From Candidatus Woesearchaeota archaeon (lineage in GTDB: Archaea; Nanobdellota; Nanobdellia; Woesearchaeales; ARS49): a DNA stretch of 28,657 bases. This document shows, in pieces, positions 25,151 through 28,657 of the stretch. The notes under the pieces are model-generated. The model worked only from the letters and a program-made list of their open reading frames with translations, did no database searches and was not told the origin of the DNA. The first letter of the stretch is position 1. Each line of letters starts with the position of its first letter. The stretch covers positions 1 to 28,657 of the forward strand of contig JAHFOI010000013.1 of NCBI GenBank assembly GCA_023266895.1, read 5' to 3'. Position numbers and translations under genes: made by a program.

Positions 25151-26923
25151 CTATTCTGTCCTTCCTCGTTGTTTTTCATAAATTCTTTTCACGTCTTCAA
25201 GTGTGCTTATGTCGTGGGGTCCTTTATCTTCGCGTAGTCTGATAAATCGTGGAAATCGAAGCGCGTATCCTGAGCTGTAAGATGGTGATTCTTGGACTTC
25301 TTCGTAATGTACTTCTATTACAATTGTTGGCTGTACAAGTACCTCTCGTTCTTTTTCTGTGAGAATACGTGGTTTGAGGAGTTCCGTGAGCTGTTCAAAG
25401 CTTGTGCCTTCTTCTGTTTTTTCTTTAAAACCTGTGCCTACTCTTCCTATTTCTTGAAAGGTTCCATCATCTGTGCGTACTGCAATAATAAAGCTTGCAA
25501 GCCATTTGCTTCGCTTGCCTTCGCCCCATTCTGCACCAACAATGACCACGTCAAGCGCATCAAGTATTGGTTTTATTTTAACTCCTCCACCAACATGTCT
25601 TCCTGGTTGGTATGCTGCAGTTATGTTTTTGACCATCATGCCTTCTTCGCCTGCAGCAAGTGATTGTTGATAGAACTTTTCTGCTTTTGTAGCACTGTCA
25701 GTAATAAGTTGTTCTGAAAGTCGTATGATTTGTTTTTGTTGTGTCATGGCTTTTTCAAGAATGGTGCGTCGTTGTCGAAATGGTTCTTGAGTAATATCTT
25801 TTTCTTTGGAGTATAAAATGTCAAATACAACTAATTCCATGGGGTAGTCACGAGACATTTTTGTAATATCATATTTTCGTTTGATGCGTTGGCTTATTTT
25901 TTGAAAGGGTACATATTTTTTTGTTATAGAATCATAACCTACTGCTTCTGCATCAAGAATGCAAGTATCAAGGTTCACATGTTCTTTGATTGCGCAAACA
26001 ATATCTGGAAATTGAGCACTTACGTTTTCTAGTCTTCTGGTAAACAACAACACCTGTGTTCCGATTTTATGAATTTGTAATCGGAAGCCGTCATATTTGT
26101 ATTCAAATGCTGCTGGTGTTCCTACTGCGTCAAATGCTTCTGTTATGCTTTCTGCTTTTGGGTAAAGCATGACATTGAACGGTTTTCCTGGAATAAGTGT
26201 GAGTGTGGTAATCGCAGTGAATCCTTTACGTGCTGCTCGTGCAACAAGGCTAAAGTCATTAGTTAAGTCATAGGCACGTTGCACTGCAAGAGCATACTGA
26301 TTGTATTGTTCGCGATTGTCATCAGGTAATTTGAACGTATTGTCATGAGCACTATATTGAATTCCTAGTTCTTTGCCAAAAAATGCCCAGATAATTGCAT
26401 CACGCATTGTGCCTTCGCCAAGTCCTATTCTAAGATCTTCAAGTACAGTTCGTACAACATAGTTTGCTTCTTTTGGTGTTGCGCTGGTGAGAAGATCTAC
26501 AATAAGACTAAGTTTTTTATCTACAGTTCCTGTTCCTTGAATGGCTGCGATTTTTTGCAGGTTATCAAAGACTTTTCGTGTAGTCAGTACTGCAAAGGTA
26601 AGTGTTGCTTGTTGTTTTTTCTTTTTTATGTGTTCAGTCACATCTCCAAGGTTGCCCATTTTTTTCCATTGTTGCTCAATAACTTCAGTGTCAGCGCCTG
26701 TAGCAAGAGCTATTGCTTTGAGCACAAGTTTTGATGCTATGCCTATGACTCGTTCATCCCATACCGGAAATACTCGTCCTTCGATGAGTAAGCATACTTC
26801 TTCATATTCCTTTTCCGGTAGGTGTTGAATAAATTCTGCAAGAATGTTTGTTTTTTCCAAGCGTTTGCTTGTATGTTCAAGCTGTTCATACAACTGAACA
26901 AGCGCAGCGTATTCCATATTCAA
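25151..26923 (-). CDS. lig: ATP-dependent DNA ligase
   Basis: This is a 590-aa ORF. The adenylation motif I is FEYKYDGFRLQIH (KxDG), followed by DAEAV and MVK motifs. An OB-fold C-terminus ends ALRFPRFIRLREDK. A TATA-like GTTTAAAAAC (plus strand 26939-26948) lies about 20 nt upstream. Confidence 0.9.
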   Translation of the reverse strand: MNMEYAALVQLYEQLEHTSKRLEKTNILAEFIQHLPEKEYEEVCLLIEGRVFPVWDERVIGIASKLVLKAIALATGADTEVIEQQWKKMGNLGDVTEHIKKKKQQATLTFAVLTTRKVFDNLQKIAAIQGTGTVDKKLSLIVDLLTSATPKEANYVVRTVLEDLRIGLGEGTMRDAIIWAFFGKELGIQYSAHDNTFKLPDDNREQYNQYALAVQRAYDLTNDFSLVARAARKGFTAITTLTLIPGKPFNVMLYPKAESITEAFDAVGTPAAFEYKYDGFRLQIHKIGTQVLLFTRRLENVSAQFPDIVCAIKEHVNLDTCILDAEAVGYDSITKKYVPFQKISQRIKRKYDITKMSRDYPMELVVFDILYSKEKDITQEPFRQRRTILEKAMTQQKQIIRLSEQLITDSATKAEKFYQQSLAAGEEGMMVKNITAAYQPGRHVGGGVKIKPILDALDVVIVGAEWGEGKRSKWLASFIIAVRTDDGTFQEIGRVGTGFKEKTEEGTSFEQLTELLKPRILTEKEREVLVQPTIVIEVHYEEVQESPSYSSGYALRFPRFIRLREDKGPHDISTLEDVKRIYEKQRGRTE

Positions 26924-26952
26924 AAAGAGTTATCATGTGTTTTTAAACATGT

Positions 26953-27136
26953 CTAAGAACTGGGCTCTGTCCTAAATCTCGGTTTTGACCTCGCCAGCTC
27001 TGCCGTGCTCGCAGTCTATAATACTTCCCGTTTTGCCCTACAGCCTCGGTATCATCGGGCAGGCACAGTTTACACCAGAACCTGCGCGCACCGAAAAGGA
27101 GGCAGAGCTGGACATTTAGGACAGAGCCTAAGAACT
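26953..27136. mobile_element. MITE-like element: 166-bp body with perfect 15-bp terminal inverted repeats, flanked by a 9-bp direct duplication
   Basis: The direct repeat TAAGAACTG occurs at 26953-26961 and 27128-27136. The terminal inverted repeats are GGCTCTGTCCTAAAT (26962-26976) and ATTTAGGACAGAGCC (27113-27127). Internal nested complementary segments are 26993-27003 with 27100-27110 (11 bp) and 27004-27013 with 27081-27090 (10 bp, one mismatch). By eye the body is more GC-rich than its flanks. Confidence 0.55.
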
Positions 27137-27229
27137 GAGTTGGTATGAAAAACCTGACAAATGTCATGCGCCTACACAAAGAACTTGATTGGGAAAACAC
27201 TTATATACTTCTCGTGGTGCTCGTGTAGT

Positions 27230-27871
27230 ATGGATATTGAGAAAGCCATTCAGTTAAGGCGTAGTGTTCGTAAGTATCTTGATATTCCTGTGGAGATGGA
27301 AAAGGTTGGCAAGATTCTTGATGCAGGGCGTTTTGCTCCTTCTGGTGGCAATATTCAACCATGGCGTTTTGTGCTCATAACTGATCCTGATGCACGTCAA
27401 AAAATTGGGGAGGCGTGTGTGCAACAGCATTGGATGGCACGTGCGCCTTTGCATATTGTTGTTGGTGTTGAGCCACATAAATCAAAACGTATGTATGGTG
27501 AGCGTGGCGAAAAAAGATATGCATTATTTGATGGTGCTGCTGCTGTTGAGAACATGTTATTAGTTGCAACTGCACAAGGTCTGGGTTCCTGCTGGGTTGC
27601 AGCGTTTGATGATGAAGCTCTTGCTCAAGTGGTTGGTGCACCAGGTAACGCAATTATTGTTGGCGTGCTTACCATTGGTTATTCTGATGAAAACCCTGTC
27701 ATGCCTCTGCGTTATTCTCTTGAAAATGTAGTGTTCATTAATGAGTGGGGCTCACGCAGAAAAGATTTTGCAGCATGGTATGGGTACACATCTCATCACG
27801 TGCAGAACTTGCTCAAAAAAGGCAAAGGTATGCTTGAAAAAATTAAAGACAAAGTACAGGACGTGAAGTAG
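27230..27871 (+). CDS. Nitroreductase-family flavoprotein
   Basis: The translation MDIEKAIQLRRSVRKYLDIPV...AGRFAPSGGNIQPWRFVLI...ENMLLVATAQGLGSCWV is a classical nitroreductase pattern. ATG 27230 lies about 26 nt after the TATA-like CTTATATAC. The ORF track starts at 27161. Confidence 0.85.
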   Translation: MDIEKAIQLRRSVRKYLDIPVEMEKVGKILDAGRFAPSGGNIQPWRFVLITDPDARQKIGEACVQQHWMARAPLHIVVGVEPHKSKRMYGERGEKRYALFDGAAAVENMLLVATAQGLGSCWVAAFDDEALAQVVGAPGNAIIVGVLTIGYSDENPVMPLRYSLENVVFINEWGSRRKDFAAWYGYTSHHVQNLLKKGKGMLEKIKDKVQDVK

Positions 27872-27912
27872 ACACGTATAGCACGCGTTTTGTTTTTTGG
27901 AAAATTTTTGTT

Positions 27913-27958
27913 ATAGCGAATGACATAACTTGTTAGACATTCAGATGTCATTCGCTAT
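27913..27958 (+). other. Perfect 14-bp inverted repeat (hairpin with an 18-nt loop) downstream of the nitroreductase gene
   Basis: ATAGCGAATGACAT (27913-27926) pairs with ATGTCATTCGCTAT (27945-27958). An alternative short pairing, GACAT with ATGTC, exists inside the loop. Confidence 0.7.
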
Positions 27959-28088
27959 TACGAACGGTTGCGAGAGTCTTGCGGACCTACGAACCGAAGT
28001 GAGTATGGACACGTATTGTATAAAAACTTTTGTCAGTGAGTATAGAATTGCCTTTCTGTTTGCTGTCCTTTTTTCTCTTCTTTCACGA

Positions 28089-28152
28089 AAAACGCGTTTG
28101 GTGTTTCTAAGAGTCGTCACGCGTTCGCGACTCCAAAATCCAAACGCGTTTT
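28089..28152. repeat. 64-bp imperfect palindrome built on ACGCGT cores
   Basis: AAAACGCGTTTGG (28089-28101) pairs with CCAAACGCGTTTT (28140-28152). The inner pair is GAGTCG (28111-28116) with CGACTC (28128-28133). The centre is ACGCGT at 28119-28124. ACGCGT also occurs at 27883-27888, 28092-28097 and 28144-28149. Confidence 0.75.
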
Positions 28153-28570
28153 CCTGGCATATGAAGAAACGGGGCAACACACACTAAAGCCATTCAAAAC
28201 TTTTTCCGACGAGAAATCGCACAAATCTGATAAAAAACATAACAAAAACCCAAATTCTACTACTACGATATACACATTGTAGATTGAGAGTCTTTTTATA
28301 TGAGCTGAGTTAAACAAAAAAGAAATTTGGGTTGTTACGTGGTTTGGCGACCAGCGCAACAATAAATATTATCGTGTTCCGTTTGGCGACGGCTTGTATT
28401 GATTACTGTGAAGTTCGTTTCTCGCATTCAACTTATTGGCGTAAGTCAAAAGCACGACTTCTAGACGTGGGAAAAAGAGCGAGCATAAATAGTTTTCCGT
28501 GGCGGAGAATATATGTTCAAGACCATACAAAAAAACAAAAAAAACCTTTGGGGAAAAAGGGGGATGAACA

Positions 28571-28657
28571 ATGGAAATGTTTGCAGAACAAGCAAAAGAA
28601 GCATCTTACTCCGAACTGGAAGTAGGACAATGTAATATTAAGGTAATCGGTACTGGT
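28571..28657 (+). CDS. 5' end of a probable tubulin/FtsZ-family GTPase (partial, runs off the window)
   Basis: The translation is MEMFAEQAKEASYSELEVGQCNIKVIGTG. IKVIGTG resembles the start of the FtsZ/CetZ nucleotide-binding strand (I.V.G.GG.G.N). An SD-like GGGGGATGA lies upstream. Only 29 codons are visible. Confidence 0.35.
   Translation, partial: MEMFAEQAKEASYSELEVGQCNIKVIGTG

Noticed and set aside
26962-27127. The GC-rich nested-helix element considered as SRP RNA, RNase P RNA or 5S rRNA
   Set aside because: I could not find the conserved cores. Those are the SRP helix-8 GGAA/AGCA loop context, the RNase P CR-I GAGGAAAGTCC-type sequence and the 5S loop motifs. At about 166 nt it is too short for archaeal SRP or typical RNase P RNA. 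The abutting 9-bp direct repeats fit transposition better. A novel ncRNA is kept as an alternative in the finding.
26943-27200. 85-aa minus-strand ORF across the inverted-repeat element
   Set aside because: It reads through the terminal repeats and stems of the MITE-like element and yields an Arg/Leu/Cys-rich translation. No promoter fits it.
27930-28625. Four ORFs (79-97 aa) in the region upstream of the FtsZ-like gene
   Set aside because: They overlap one another on both strands, span the palindromes, give Arg/Ser/Phe-rich or Lys-rich low-complexity translations, and lack promoter or SD context.

Overview
The window looks archaeal and the gene set and small gene sizes suggest a reduced-genome (DPANN-like) lineage, at roughly 40% GC judged by eye. 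Lineage is an inference; no search was possible. Archaeal markers include RNA polymerase subunit L, RNase P protein Rpr2/Rnp4, CDP-archaeol synthase, a DRG GTPase, a PAC2 chaperone, an ATP-dependent DNA ligase and a Hel308-type helicase. Two of the three tRNAs carry an intron at position 37/38. TATA boxes sit about 25 nt upstream of many ATGs, which implies leaderless mRNAs. Most of the window is tightly packed housekeeping: smc, prolyl oligopeptidase, rnhB, class I gap, DRG, PAC2, a METTL5-like methyltransferase, rpoL, rnp4, carS, lig, a nitroreductase and a probable FtsZ-like 5' end. The atypical part is 9.8-13.5 kb. There, two long non-coding tracts that are G-poor on the + strand bracket three small winged-helix or coiled-coil DNA-binding genes. 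The left tract holds GTCGGAATTTT motifs in both orientations around a very AT-rich stretch. The right tract holds 11 helically phased TGGGA(C)/(G)TCCCA sites abutting a promoter, followed by an (AC)14 microsatellite. I read this as a candidate replicon-like, iteron or operator module of unknown type. Other second-look items are listed below.
- A dph2 5' fragment lies next to a Hel308 gene that lacks RecA domain 1 but has its own promoter.
- A 166-bp MITE-like element with 15-bp terminal inverted repeats and a 9-bp duplication sits between the lig and nitroreductase promoters.
- An 846-aa surface protein carries a lipase-type hydrolase domain.
- Two translationally coupled 3-TM paralogs lie divergent from carS.
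- A roughly 700-bp non-coding region rich in ACGCGT palindromes precedes the FtsZ-like gene.
No CRISPR array, rRNA gene or recognisable defence system was seen. All homology calls rest on motif recognition by eye.
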